DNA from: the human T2T-CHM13v2.0 reference genome, Homo sapiens
Length of the DNA stretch: 64,000 nt
Strand: one strand, 5' to 3'
NCBI RefSeq assembly: GCF_009914755.1
Contig: NC_060934.1
The position numbers and the translations under genes are program-made. Below are positions 1-13,720 of the stretch, piece by piece. Below the pieces are notes generated by a model. That model was not told where the DNA came from. It saw only the letters and a list, made by a program, of their open reading frames with translations, and searched no databases. How positions within the stretch are numbered: the first letter of the stretch is position 1; the number at the start of each line of letters is the position of its first letter.

Positions 1-16
1 GGGACCCGTTAAATAA

Positions 17-22
17 TTTATT
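17..22 (-). terminator. NKX6-2: AATAAA polyadenylation signal of NKX6-2
   Basis: tttatt on plus strand, ~80 nt downstream of the stop codon. Confidence 0.8.
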
Positions 23-102
23 GATGATACAAAGCGACTCGCGCCCACCCGGGGCCGCCCCCGGATTCTGCAAAAATAGATTCGCCCCCACCCCGCGGGT
101 CC

Positions 103-462
<360 letters not shown>

Positions 463-466
463 TCAC

Positions 467-639
467 CTTCACCTGGCTCTCGGTCATGCCCAGCGAGTAG
501 GCGAGACGCGCGCGCTCCGGGCCCGCCAGGTACTTGGTCTGCTCGAAGGTTTTCTCCAGCGCGAAGATCTGCTGGCCCGAGAAGGTCGGGCGCGAGTGCT
601 TCTTCTTCCCGTCCTTGTCCAGGACGCCGCCGGCCGGGG
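467..639 (-). CDS. NKX6-2: NKX6-2 coding exon 2 (homeodomain helices 1-2: [47 protein letters not shown])
   Basis: Acceptor CCCTTGCAG| at 640/639; donor AAG|GTGAGC at 467/466; 173 nt; phase consistent with exons 1 and 3. Confidence 0.97.
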
Positions 640-729
640 CTGCAAGGGAGGGGAAGGGAGGGAGGTCAGCGGCCGGCGGGGTCCCCCTCCGCGCCCACCC
701 GCCCCGCACCCCCCGCGCGGGCCACTCAC

Positions 730-1135
730 CCGGGCCAGCCAGACGCGGGTCCCTCCAGGGCGCGCCCTGCACCACGCCGGGCCAGAAGATGGGCGGGCGC
801 CCCGGCAGCTCGGCCAGGGGCTTGGGGTAGCCGCGCGCCACAGCGGCCGCGGGCCCGAAGTAAACGCCGGCGGACGACGCGAGCCCGTTGAGCCGGGGCA
901 GCCCCCCCAGGAGGCCCCCGCCCGCCGCGCCCACGGGCCGGCCCAGGATGTCGCTGATGCCGTGCGGGGTCCCGAGCGGGAGCTGCGCGCCCAGGCCCCC
1001 CAGCGCGGGCGCCTTGAAGCCGGCCGGACCCTGCAGCGCGTAGGGGAACAGCGACGTCTTCATCTCGGCCATGTTGTGCAGCGCGGCCAGCGGGGCACTG
1101 CTCAGCACGAACGCGCCCGGGCGGTTAGTGTCCAT
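730..1135 (-). CDS. NKX6-2: NKX6-2 coding exon 1 ([26 protein letters not shown]...; TN/eh1 motif [11 protein letters not shown])
   Basis: ATG at 1135-1133; donor G|GTGAGT at 730/729; 406 nt; Nkx6-type N-terminus and eh1 motif. Confidence 0.97.
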
Positions 1136-1349
1136 GGGCGCCGCCGCCGCCGGCCCGGGCTCCCATCCGGGCCCCGCCGCCGCCGCCCCTGCCCGCCGGC
1201 CCGGGAAGTTTGCGCGCGGCCCGGGCGGGCGTCGGCTGCAGCGCGGGGCGCGGGGCGCGGGGGGCGGGCGGGCGGCTCCGGCGCGGGGCGGGCGGGCGGG
1301 CGGCGGCGGCGGCGGCTCCGGGGCCGGTCGGAGCGGCGCCGCGCGGGAC

Positions 1350-1650
1350 GGACGCGCTGATAACGGGGGCTCCCCGGGGCGCGGCGCGCGCGCTGATTGG
1401 CTGCGGACCCCGCGGTCCGGCCATTGGCCGGCGCCCCCCCCCCGCCCGCGCGCCCCCGCCGGCCGCGCACTCCATGAAGGGCCCATTAGCGCGGCAGGTG
1501 CCTCCCGGGCTGTAAATTCGCCCCGATTTATCTCCCCGGGGACGAAATAAATCCCGCTTGGATGGGAGTGTAGTTAGGCAAAGGTTTTCATGCGAAATCA
1601 GGAAAAAATACGAGAACGTATTTTATTAACGGAAAGAATGCAGATTTGAG
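1350..1650 (-). promoter_or_regulatory. NKX6-2: NKX6-2 proximal promoter: two CCAAT boxes (1396-1400, 1423-1427), GC boxes, and an AT-richer block with homeodomain-type sites
   Basis: CAGCCAATCAG and GGCCAATGG on minus strand; cattag, tgtaaat, cgatttat and ttttatta in 1480-1630. Confidence 0.7.
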
Positions 1651-4600
1651 GACCCGCCCGCGCGCTCGGAGCGCCCCACTCGGGGAAGAGTCCCGGCCCG
1701 CGTCCCAGTCGCGACTGCTCCGCCGCCCGTGGCTGGGGTGGGTGTGAGCGGCAGCGGACGCCGGCGGGGAACGCGCTCCGGGCAGGTCGGGGCCACAGGA
1801 GGGCGGAGGACGCGGGCCTCGAGTCCACGGAATCCACGGGCCTCACGGCCGGGCGAGGCTCGCACGGAGCTGCCTCTGGTTTCGGCGACACGCGGCCGGC
1901 GCGGTGGAGGAGTGAGGCAGGCGGGAGCGGGGCGGGGAGGCGGGTCCCGGGACCACACGCGCGGCTCGGCACTTCCCCGTCATCGGCCTCCAGGTCTCCC
2001 GCTGGGGGTCCCCCAGGATGTGACCTGGGCCCACGACTTCGCCCACGGGCCGCCTCTCGCGAATCCCCGGCCGGGAGAACAGAGACCAGGACGGCCTCAG
2101 CGCGGAAGCCCTGTCCAGGGCCCGAACGTGGGTGCGGGCTGGGGGCGCAGCGGCAGAAACGCGGCCTTAGACGCGCGCGGGGGGCCGGTGTCCCCCCCGC
2201 CCCCACGGCACCGGGAGCCGCTCGCTCATCCATCCCGCAGACCGGGCGGTGAGATGACTCCGAGCCCCGCGCACGGCGGCCGCGAGCAAACGCTCCGACG
2301 TCTGTGGTGACGTCTCGTATTGATTTAGGGACACGGGGCGGCTGTGGCTGTGGCCCACGGCTCGTGGGGAGCCCGAGTCTGTGCGCAGGGAACGCCGCTG
2401 CGTGGCCTCTCTCGGGCCTGTGCCGCGGAGGAAGGCGGCGCCCGGGGTTCGGGGCCGGGGTCTCACGTCCGCCCCCTCGCCCCCCTCCAGCGTCCGTTTT
2501 CGTTTTGTGCAGGTCGAGGCGGGGACTTGGCGCCGTCGGCCGCTCCTGGATGGCGGCTTGGAAAAGCCACCTGCGGCCAAACTCCGGGGCAGTGGTGCGG
2601 CCGCCGGGTGTGTGCGCGCTCGGGGCTGCCCCGGCGGCTTCCGGCTCCACTGAGGTGCAGCCCCGCGTTCACGGGGGGTTCGCTTCCCCCGTCGACTCCG
2701 CACTCGATTCGACTGGGATTGGGATTCGATTGGGCGCGGCCGCCCCACCGGTGATCGGCCCCCGCGGAGCCTGGCCCGGGAACCCCCAGCGCCCGTCCGG
2801 CCCCGAGACCCGCCCCGGCCTGTCCTGCGCCCCGCTCCCTCGGAGGAGACACGAGGAAGGGCCCTCCCGGGTCGGGTTCGGGCCCCTCCCAGCACCCCAA
2901 GGCGACGGCGCCCGCGCCCAAGGCTCGGGCTCTGAGCTGAGACGCGGGAACTGCGGGGCCGGGGGGGGCGGGCAGGGGGAGTTGGGGGCGGGGGCTGCTG
3001 TCGCCCTGGGATCCCCCACTCTGCGCGGCCGGGCAGACCCTGGGCGGGCCGGGAGGGGTGCGGGTCGCCCGAACTGAGGCCCAGGAGGCGCGCGCGGGCG
3101 GAACGGCGGGAGGAAGCCGCGCTCGGGACAGGCTCTGGCTCTTCTCACAGCCTGGAGGGGCGGGGCAGGGGGCGTCGCTAGCGCTGTTTTATGGCTGAGG
3201 AAACATGGACCTGGAGGCGCTGCGCTGCGGCCCGATAAACCCTGGGTCTGTCTGCGCCCCCCGGTCCTCCCTGGGCTGCCGAGGGAACGCGTGGGGTCGC
3301 GGGTGGGGCTGGCGTGTCACTGGCTGCGGAGCGCGCGGCTCTCCAGGGCTCAGGGGCGCGGGATGAGGGGCCAGGGTGAGTTGGGGGCGCAGAGGAGCCG
3401 GGTAAGGGGGGGTCCCTCTCCCACGTTCTTGTAAGCCGTGGAAGTCTTGGCGCGCTCCGCAGGTGCCGCGTCCTACCCGGCTCCCCGGCCTGCGCCCCAC
3501 GCGCTTTCCCGCCCTCCTCCTCGCCGAGCTGCGCGTGGGTCCGGTGGCTTCACCTCCTACGCTTCCCGGCGCCCACTCCGGGCCCCGTCCCCTCTCCGGC
3601 CCCCGCCCGCACCTTTTCTCCTGCGTCCCCCGGTGCCGCCCTCTCGGAAACCACCGAGGCAACTCCCCCTCCTCCCGGGAAGGTCCGAGCGCCTCCGACC
3701 GCGATGTCTTTGCCTGGGCTCCGCCGCCCGGCGGCCCCGCTGCCTGGAGAGGTCCGCGATGCCACCTCCTGGCCCGCGAGCAGATGTCCCGCGAGGAAGG
3801 CTGCCGGCATCGGCGCCGACGCTCCGCGCTGGAAAACCGAGAGCGCGGGGTTTGGCAGAGGCCATTCAAGTTTGTTTTACTCGTTCAGCCTGTATTTGTG
3901 GGGCTCCTACCGCGCCCGGGCTGTCCGGGGGGTGCACCGTGAACGCAGCGGGCTCCGGCCCGGGCGCGGGCGGGTCAGAGCAGCAAACGCGCTCCCCCGG
4001 CACCCCCGCGGCGTCTGCAGGGGAGCGGGCGACGGGGAGGACGGCGGGGGTGTCGGCCCGGAAGGAGAGCCGGCCTAGGCCCCGGTGTCCCCGCGCTGGG
4101 GGCTGAGGGGCGACGGGGGAACTCCACAGAGGGAAGGAGCCTGCGTTCGCCTTCGGCCGCCCAGGCCATAGAGTTCACAAACTCTGATTTATCACTGAGG
4201 TGACTTGTCCCGCGCAGCCCTAGGCGAGTTGCCAAGCTGCCCGCCCTGACCGCGCCCCCAGGCCGGGGGTCTCCTAGCAGTTCCCGGCAAAGGCCCTGCA
4301 TTGTCTTTTTTCCCGAAGTGAGCGCATTCCCGGCCTCTCCAGGCTTGACAAGGTAACCGCACCAGGCATTCCAGACACAGACGGGGCCTCCCTGGGGTCC
4401 TCATGACCAAAGAACCAAAAAAGGCCCAAGATGACTCAAGGGACCCCTCTGTGGGCCCCACCCACGGAAGCAGCGGCGTGGGGTTACCAGGACCCCCAGG
4501 AGCCCGGGCCCAGGCGGGGTGCCTTCTGTTGCTTGGAAACAGAGGAGCCCACCAGGACGCTCTGGAATTGCTGGAAGGGGAAGGGGGGCTAGAGAAAACC

Positions 4601-7090
4601 CCACCCCACAACACAACTCGAAGGGGCCCTGCCTCCCACGCAGGACAGACCCCAACCCCATCTCCCGTGCCCTCTGGGGGCAGCCCTGCCAGGGCAGCGG
4701 GAAAGGGCTGGGAGGCAGGCGCAGATCCCAGCCAGGCAGCCCCGGCGTCCCACTGGGCTCATGGACCCAGCCGGGTCTGAAAGGCCATGAGCGCTGAGGG
4801 CTGGGGTGGGGACCGCCCAGGGGTGGGAGTTGACGCCCCTAGGTGGGCAGAGGAGGCTCCACTCCTCATCCTGGCCTAGCCTGGCCCCTTCTCACACTTC
4901 CAGCACTGCCTGCTGAGCACCAGCCTGCTAGCAGCGGCTTTATTTCAGAGATCGCGAGTCTCCACCTCCACCTGTTTCCACCTAATGCCATCCCATGCCT
5001 GCCAGGCCCTCCACTGGTCCCCTCGTGGCCCCCAGGCTCACCCACCCCGGCCACTCTGCCCCCCCACTTCACAGGGCTCACCTCCTCCACGCGGTCTCAG
5101 CTTGAGGGACGCCTCCCTGGCCACCCGGTCTGGTGCAGCCCCCACACTCCCACTCAGCACGGCTGCCCCTCTTGGCACTGGCCCCCTGCCGAAGGCATTA
5201 GTGGATGTGTCTGATGTCCGCCTCCTCGCCACCTTGCTCAGGACATGGATGGATGCAGGGGCTCTGTCCTCTGGGCGCCTCCAGGACTGAATTCATGCTG
5301 CTGGGTGGGTGAATGAACGCAAGTGTGACAGCTGCAGGCCTCAGAGCAATTTTCAGAGCCCGGGTGCGGGTTGGAGAGGGAGGACCGCGCACCTGACTTC
5401 CCACCGGGAGGAGCAGGTACTGTGGAGGTGCCTCCAGGAACCCTGAGCCACAGGACATGCTGGATGTGGGGCCTGGCGCCGTGGCATTTCCCAGCTGAGC
5501 CTGAGGTCTTGCTGTTTAGACCAAACTCAACCCCACCCCATCTCCTGAGCTGGAGGGTGTCCAGGTAGAGCCCGGCAGCTTCTGGGGTACCCAGCTGTAG
5601 GTGGGGCGTCCAGGTGCCCCCTCTTCCCAGGCTATGGCGGCCTCTTGCCCACTTGCCAACACCTACAGGTCCACATGAAGTGGAGGATCAGGCTCTGGGG
5701 AGAGGGTGCCGCTTCTCCCCAGGCCGAGTGGCCCAGGACAGGGAGGGAGGCTTTGATGGAAGCTGGGGTGGGGCCACAGTGGGTGCCCGGGCACCCGAAC
5801 ACTCTCCCTGGAAGATATGGGCCAGGCTGTGGAATCTGGAACACCCGCGGGTTGAGGAGGCCCTGAAGGGGGGCTAAGAGGGCAGGGGCTGGGAGGACCT
5901 GGATGGCAGGGGAGGGAGAGCTTGCCTGAACTCTCTGAGCACCCCTTCAGGGTGGCCCCTGCCCAGCCTTTGTGGACCCTCTAGCTTCACTGGGCCTGAA
6001 GTTCCTTGCACAGCCTGGGCCCTGGCCGGGCCCCTCCCACCTTGCAGGGCCCCCTCCCTGAATCCTGAGCCCCAGGTTTCCTTCCAGCTTCTGTTCTTTA
6101 AAAGTCACTTGTAAATGCAGCAGCCACGGAGCAGCACCTACCGAAAGCACAGAGAGAGACACACAGAGAATGGTCCGAGTTCTTCCCCTGAACAACCAAG
6201 TTCTTCCCCCGAACCGAGTTCTTCTGTTGTCACGAGCATCCACTTCCTTCTCGTGACGGAGACGCTGCGGGCCGCCTGCCCGTTCACACGCGGCTCCGCA
6301 CCTGGGCCCTGCAGCATCTCTCCCACCCACGCTGAGGCTCCATCCCACAGGTGCCTCACTCCCTACAGCGCCCTGAGGACCGAGGCTGTCCAGGTGGGGT
6401 GGGAGGGGAGAGGGCGAGCAGCCACCCTGAGGCAGGGCAGGGGCTGGACACTGGGCCTTCCAGTCTCCCTGCTGGCTTAGCCTGGGGGTCTGGTGGGCAC
6501 AGTAGAAACCGCCCTGGCCTGGCCAAGGAGGTTTCAAGTCTTCCTGCTCCCCAGGGAAGGGGTGTTCAGAGATTCCCTGTGCCCCTGGGTGGGAGTGACC
6601 AGAGGCAGCCGATGGTGTTGGGAAGGGGCCCTGCCCTGCCCGGAACTAGATGGAGGGCTCTGAGGGCCCCACGGTGCTGCCAAGAGACAAGGTCCAGCCC
6701 TCCCAGGAGGACACCCGGGGGTGCTGGGTGCAGACAGGCCAAGCTTGAGCAGTGGAGCTGGGGGGAAGAGGGGCAGCAGGCGCGCCCTCACCACAGGACC
6801 CCTCGGCAGGGGCCCCAGTGGGTCCCTCGACACCCAGACGCCATCTGAGGAAGAGGAGGGGCCCTTTGCTCATTGGGAGGACACTTTTTCTACTGCAGGA
6901 GGCTGGAATGCCTCAGTGGAGGTGCCTTTTTCTGCTGAAGCACAGGCCAGCTCTGACCAGCTGCCAAGGCGGCATTGGGGGCTGCGGGTGGGCCTGCCAG
7001 GTGTTTGAGCCCTGATGCAGAGATTTCAGGGGACGCCGTTCCTCAGCCTCAGCCCTGCTGCGGGGCATTTTCACGCACACATTGGACTCC

Positions 7091-7980
7091 AGGAACCGTG
7101 TGGGTGCAGCGTCTACACTGGGTCCAGGAACCGTGTGGGTGCAGCGTCTACACTGGGTCCAGGAACCGTGTGGGTGCAGCGTCTACACTGGGTCCAGGAA
7201 CCGTGTGGGTGCAGCGTCTACACTGGGTCCAGGAACCATGTGGGGGTGCAGTGTCTACACTGGGTCCCGGAACCGTGTGGGTGCAGCGTCTACACTGGGT
7301 CCGGGAACCGTGTGGGGGTGCAGCGTCTACACTGGGTCCGGGAACCGTGTGGGGGTGCAGCGTCTACACTGGGTCCCGGAACCGTGTGGGTACAGCGTCT
7401 ACACTGGGTCCGGGAACCGTGTGGGGGTGCAGCATCTACACTGGGCCCGGGAACCGTGTGGGGGTGCAGCGTCTACACTGGGCCCGGGAACCGTGGGGGT
7501 GCAGCGTCTACACTGGGTCCGGGAACCGTGTGGGTGCAGCGTCTACACTGGGTCCGGGAACCGTGTGGGGGTGCAGCGTCTACACTGGGTCCGGGAACCG
7601 TGTGGGTGCAGCGTCTACACTGGGTCCGGGAACCGTGTGCGTGCAGCGTCTACACTGGGTCCGGGAACCGTGTGGGGGTGCAGCGTCTACACTGGGTCCG
7701 GGAACCGTATGGGTGCAGCATCTACACTGGGTCCGGGAACCGTATGGGTACAGCGTCTACACTGGGTCCGGGAACCGTGTGGGGGTGCAGCGTCTACACT
7801 GGGTCCGGGAACCGTGTGGGTGCAGCGTCTACACTGGGTCCGGGAACCGTGTGCGTGCAGCGTCTACACTGGGTCCGGGAACTGTGTGGGGGTGCAGCGT
7901 CTACACTGGGTCCGGGAACCGTATGGGTACAGCGTCTACACTGGGTCCGGGAACCGTGTGGGTGCAGCGTCTACACCGGG
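7091..7980. repeat. Minisatellite, 35/37-bp unit (GGAACCGTGTGG[GG]GTGCAGCGTCTACACTGGGTCC[A/G]), ~25 copies
   Basis: Directly visible tandem array. Confidence 0.97.
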
Positions 7981-10893
7981 CAGGCTGCTTCTCTTCTCCC
8001 TGGTGGTCGTGCTTTGGGGACGCGTCCCTGGGACCCCTGGCTGCTGGGAGCTGCCCCGTGCGAGTGCCCCGCCTTCTGCAGATGGAATCTGTCATCTTCA
8101 TTCACTTCTCAGGTGAAGTTCTTAAAAGGGTGGCACGGCCCAAGCTCCTTGGTCCCCAGCGGAGCTGCCCCATCTGTTGGCACCGCTCAGGTTTCTGGCC
8201 ATGTGACTTCGGCCCTGACGCCCGCCTGCGTTGCCCCCCGCCTCCAGGCTACAGGTGCAGCTAGTTTTCCTCCCTGTCTGTTGCTCATTTTTCTTCCTCT
8301 ACTTCCAGGCCCATCCTCGGGAACCCCCTGGGTCCGCGGCCCTGGTGGGTGACAGACACCTCTAGGGCCCTCTTGGCTCCCTGCCGGGCACTGAGGACCC
8401 CACATCTGTACCACCAACCGGGGTGCACTGCCCGGAACCTCCCTGTCTTCACATGGGTGTCCCACAGCCCCTGAGGGAACAGCGCCACCTCTCCTCCCGG
8501 GTCCTGCATGGCCCCTGGGACAAGGACACCAGATGCCCACACCTGGAGGAGCTCACTGGAGCCCACAGCTGGTGAGCGGCCCTCCAAGGGGGCCTCTGCC
8601 ACTGGAGGGCGTCTCCATGGAGCAGCTGGGCGCAGCTCTCCTGCCTCTGGAGGCACCTGGCCCTCAGCTGGAGACCTTTGGCCGCCTTGGCCCCCACAAT
8701 ACCCAACAAGCTGGGCCAGAAAGGGCTCTTCGCCCCTGCAGTGGCCAGCACACAGTTGCTGTGGGCTCTGGCTGGGGAGGCCCTGGGGCAACAGCATCCC
8801 TTGAGGACATCAGAGCCCATGCAGGAAGCCACCCTCCCACCTGTGTGACCTGTGGACACAGAGGCCGGGCTGGGGGTGACTAAGTCCCCCTCGATCACTG
8901 GAGGAGACTCCCCAGGAGCAGGTGGGCCACTGAGGCTGCCGAAGCGGAGGGGCCACGCCGTCGGTGGGACAGCGGCGCATCTCCTCAGAAACCCTCTTCT
9001 CTGGGGTCCAAAGAATCTTGTCTCCTTCAGGAAAGGACAAGGAGACGTGGCTGTAAATCACGCCCAGAGCTAATTCCCCAGGGCTCTGGGGCACCAGATG
9101 TGCAGCCGGCGTAATGAGCTCTCTCCTGGGGCCTCTCGGGTGTCTGGCCACGTGGCGCACGCGCTAATTGAGTGCTGAGCCCTTGGAGATTTGTGTCAGG
9201 AGCCTGCTCCGGCGCCTTGGCTGTGATCCGAGGATGAGATGGGACCGGCACCGGCCAAGGGGGGGCTTCCGGAGAGGCTCGCTCCTGGCGCCACTCCAGG
9301 CTGGGCCACGGCGCTGTGTGGGGGCTTCCAGGGGGGTGAGGGCCCCCGGGCGGGCGACGGGTCGTGTGGTGCCACAGCCAGTGCCTCCCCACGATGGGCG
9401 CCCCCTGCTGATGGGCACCTCCCGACAATGGCGCCTCCCAGTGATGGACGCCTCCACAGGTCCTCGGGGCCCCTTCCCGTCCAGGTCTTCACAGAGGCCC
9501 CGGCACTGGGTGCCCAGTGGCCTCGGCAGCCGTGTCTGCGTGACAGAAGCCGAGCGTGGGACGGCTCCAGCTCAGGACTGTCTGAGCCCCACCCTGCGAG
9601 GGTGCTCTGAGCTCTCAGGGCGTTGCTTCTTTGCCCATTTATCCCGGGTCTTGGGTGAGTTCCAGTGGCGGACAGAGCTCAGACAAGAGCAGTGCTCGCA
9701 GCAGCGCCAGCAGGGACAGTGGCAATACGAGGGTCACAGGTGTGATCGGAGGCCGCCAGCCTGTGCTGGGTCACCGTGCGGTGCCAGTGAAGGTGCCCTC
9801 TGCCCAGGAGCTGTGGGGGAGCCGGGGGTGCCGCCAGGACGCAGTGTGGGTCGCTGGGAAGACCCGAAAGAGGGGAGGAAGCTGCCAGTCATGGGGGATG
9901 GCAGAGGTGGCTGTTTCTCCCGGCAGCAGAAGTCCACCCCAGGGCCTCACCGGGGGGGGGTGGGGGGGCACACGGGCAGGCACGAGTGTGTGAGGAGAAA
10001 ATGGTCTCTCTGGTTGGGGAGCCCAGGGCAGGGCCCCCACAAGATGGTTTCAGATGAGAGTGAAGGAGTCACCCGCCGTTCCCCGGGTGTCCAGGCTCGG
10101 GAGGGCCTCGTCTCCAGAGCCTTCACGCCGGCATCACGTGTGAGAGCGTTTATCCAGGACGGGACACTTGTCCTGGGGCATCCCCTGCATGGGGAATGGC
10201 CTCTGACTTTTGGGGAACGCAGCCGCCGTGTGAGGCCCCCTGGCCGAGCTGCCCCTCCCCGGCCATTCCACCTGAGTCAGCTTAACAGAAACACCATCTG
10301 TGATTGGAGTGTTGCCCCCCCAGCCTCCTCTTCCAGCCGAGGGGCGCTCCCCTCGGAAACGGGGTCTTGTCTGGCCTGGGAGTTGGAGGCAGGTCTGGGG
10401 CCTGAGGCCTTGAGGCTTCGGGTGAGTCAGTGTCTCCAGGGCAGGGCTGGGGAGGAGAGCCACTGCCCTGGGTCCTAGTCTGGGCACGTGCCCTGAGGCT
10501 GGGTGGCTCGCAGCTCTCCCACCACAGTTGGGTCTGGCACCCCCTGCCTGGAGTCGCAGGTCCCTGACCTACAGCCTGAGGCTGCCCACACAGCCGTCCT
10601 AGAGGGGTCACGGCCTTCCCAGTTATGGTTGTTTCTGGAAATGCTTCAGGCCCTGGAGTCAACGGGAGCCCAACAGGAAGACAGGACTAGTGGGGAGGGG
10701 TGGGGGCTGGCGGGATTGTGGGGGGCCAGCAGGGAGGGGTGGGAGCTGACGGAGTTGTGGGGGGCCAGTGGAGGCAGTCAGGGGGTCAGGGAGGGCAGGG
10801 GGGACTGATGGGGCGGGGACATGGGAGGTGGGGAAGATGCCCGGTCCCTCTCGGCCTCTGCCATCCCTGGCTGAGTTGAATTCAATTAATCTA

Positions 10894-11466
<573 letters not shown>

Positions 11467-13395
11467 TCACCCTGCATCTTCATTGTATTATCTGCTGTGC
11501 TTCGTGTTTTGTTTTGTTTTGTTTTTTTCCTGTGAACATGTCTTATTTTTATTCATAAAAAACAACAAACACACAATTTAGGAAATGTGTCACAGGCAGC
11601 TCGCCTCGTCAGACAGAGCAGGTGCTGCCTGAGGTCCTGGAAGTCCTGGGACCAACCCTCAGGCACAGTGGGTTCCGGAAGCTTCCCTTGATGCTGAAGA
11701 CGTTGAGTTCAGGGGGCTTTGAGCTTGTTCCCAGCACTCTCAGGGGTCACATGGTTTGACCAGGTTCGGACCAGGTTCGAAGTCACAGCCAGACACTGCC
11801 CATGATGGCAGTGGAGGCCACACCGCACTAGGACGTCGGGTCACCCCAGCAGGCTTCTGGTCCCCAAATAAGAACACCTGGAATCCTTTCCATAAACCCA
11901 GGGCTCCTACGAGTGACCATTTCACTCCTGAGGTTTGCTCGGGGGATGCCTGGAGATTTGAGGTAACTTCTGAGCCACCTGGTGCGGCGGCAGCGTCTCT
12001 AGCTAAATGAAGAGACGCAGCCTTGGCAGCACGGCAGGTGGTTTTTCTCCCGTTGGCGTCCGCTGTGCTTTGTTGGGCGGGCCGGCCCTTCTCAAGGCTG
12101 CTCCCTCGCACTCTGCAGGTAAACCTTTCTGTTCTTTCCACCCGCCAGAGTCTGAGCCGTGGTGACAGTTAATTCCTGGGGCTCCGCAGGGAGCTTGCCT
12201 GGGTCCTTCCCTGGGAGCCGTCAAGCATGAACCTGGATGTGCCTGGCCTGGTCCCGGGCCCTCAGCCTCCCAACGCCCCTGCGCCCGTTCTCACTGGCAC
12301 GGCTCAGTGTCCACACCGGGCCAGCAGCGCAGGAACTGGAGGCTCTGCTTCGTGATTTCCGCAGTGGCAGATGACAGGAATCAGGTTCCTGCGGGTGGCA
12401 GCGGATGGGGGTGCAGAACTGCCTTTTTGCTGTTTGCCTGTTTACCCTCTTTGTGCCCGCGCCAAGGTGGGAGCCGCTACACCCAGGGAGGCGCTGGAGC
12501 GTGTGCGGAGGTCAGAGCCTGATGCCGCCTCGGTCTCTGGGTGCCGGGGCAGCCATTCCTTCAAACAATGGGGTGCTTCCAAACCGGTGCCTCGTGAGGA
12601 ATTGGGAAAGACAGGAGATTGTCATCATCACGAGAGACAAAACCCTATCCTGCTAAATTCGAGGGAAGCCTAAGATTGCGCAGGTTTTTCATAATGATCC
12701 TTCCACAGAGGACTCCCCGATGCTTCACCGCATGTCACTGCTACTGCCACGGTCAGCATTCCCGCAGGACTGCGCCGTCCGCCTCGAATTCGGGGGTCTC
12801 GCGAAGCTGCTAAAACGGTGTGTTTTATGAATAGGAAATATTTCTTTCATCAAGCTCGTTAATATAACTTTACCTTTGGGGAGAGTGAAACATGATAAAT
12901 AAACTCTGTTAACATTTATTTGGTGTGAGGTTTTTTTTCCATTTGGCTTTTAGAAATGATATTAATGATTTTTTATATTCAGGTAAAGTAAGAAAAGTTT
13001 AAAAATTTAAAAAATACTCCTTGTACCGTAGGTTTGTTGCTGGCTCTGGGTTTTTTTTTTTTTTCTTACTTGGTCACTAGGTTATAAGATAAGAAGGAAA
13101 AACGGACTTTTAAACAAACTTGAGAGTTTCGATACCTGTATGTCATTGTTAAGAAAAAAGCTCATGTAGTATTTTTAATCAAGACGACTCTTTGGACACA
13201 TTGCACTGGTTGAATAATTCTGGTTTAACATGGCTCCGCGTCTCCTCTCCCCGTGTCTCTCCGGCGTGCGGTTCGGGTCTGCCTGGCCTTGGATTATTTT
13301 TTCTTCCACGGCCCTTCCTGCCTCCCCCAGCGTTCTCCACCGCTGTGACGTGACACAACAGTCCCGTTAGGAGACGTGTTTCGCGGTGTGACCCG

Positions 13396-13720
13396 CAGGT
13401 GGGCCGAGGCGGCTGGGCTGGACGGTGTGATCCTGAGGTGGGCCGAGGCGGCTGGGCTGGACGGTGTGACCCGGAGGTGGGCCGAGGCTGGACGAGGTGC
13501 CCCAGAGGTGGGCCGAGGCGGCTGGGCTGGACGGTGTGATCCTGAGGTGGGCCGAGGCGGCTGGGCTGGACGGTGTGACCCGGAGGTGGGCCGAGGCGGC
13601 TGGGCTGGACGGTGTGATCCTGAGGTGGGCCGAGGCTGGACGAGGTGCCCCAGAGGTGGGCCGAGGCAGCTGGGCTGGACGGTGTGGCCCTGAGGTGGGC
13701 CGAGGCAGCTGGATGAGGTG
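13396..13720. repeat. Minisatellite, ~39-bp unit (GAGGTGGGCCGAGGCGGCTGGGCTGGACGGTGTGATCCT) with ~31-bp variants
   Basis: Directly visible tandem array, ~9 units. Confidence 0.93.

Noticed and set aside
1598-4301. Many 100-350 aa Arg/Pro/Gly-rich ORFs in the CpG island
   Set aside because: They overlap in all frames, lack domain motifs and are expected from stop-codon scarcity at high GC.
6975-8352. Three overlapping 344-445 aa repetitive ORFs; superficially CRISPR-like 35-37-bp periodicity
   Set aside because: The units are head-to-tail with no unique spacers and no cas genes, in human DNA. This is a minisatellite.
9168-10478. 436-aa plus-strand ORF
   Set aside because: No recognisable domain, non-ATG start, composition typical of GC-rich non-coding DNA.
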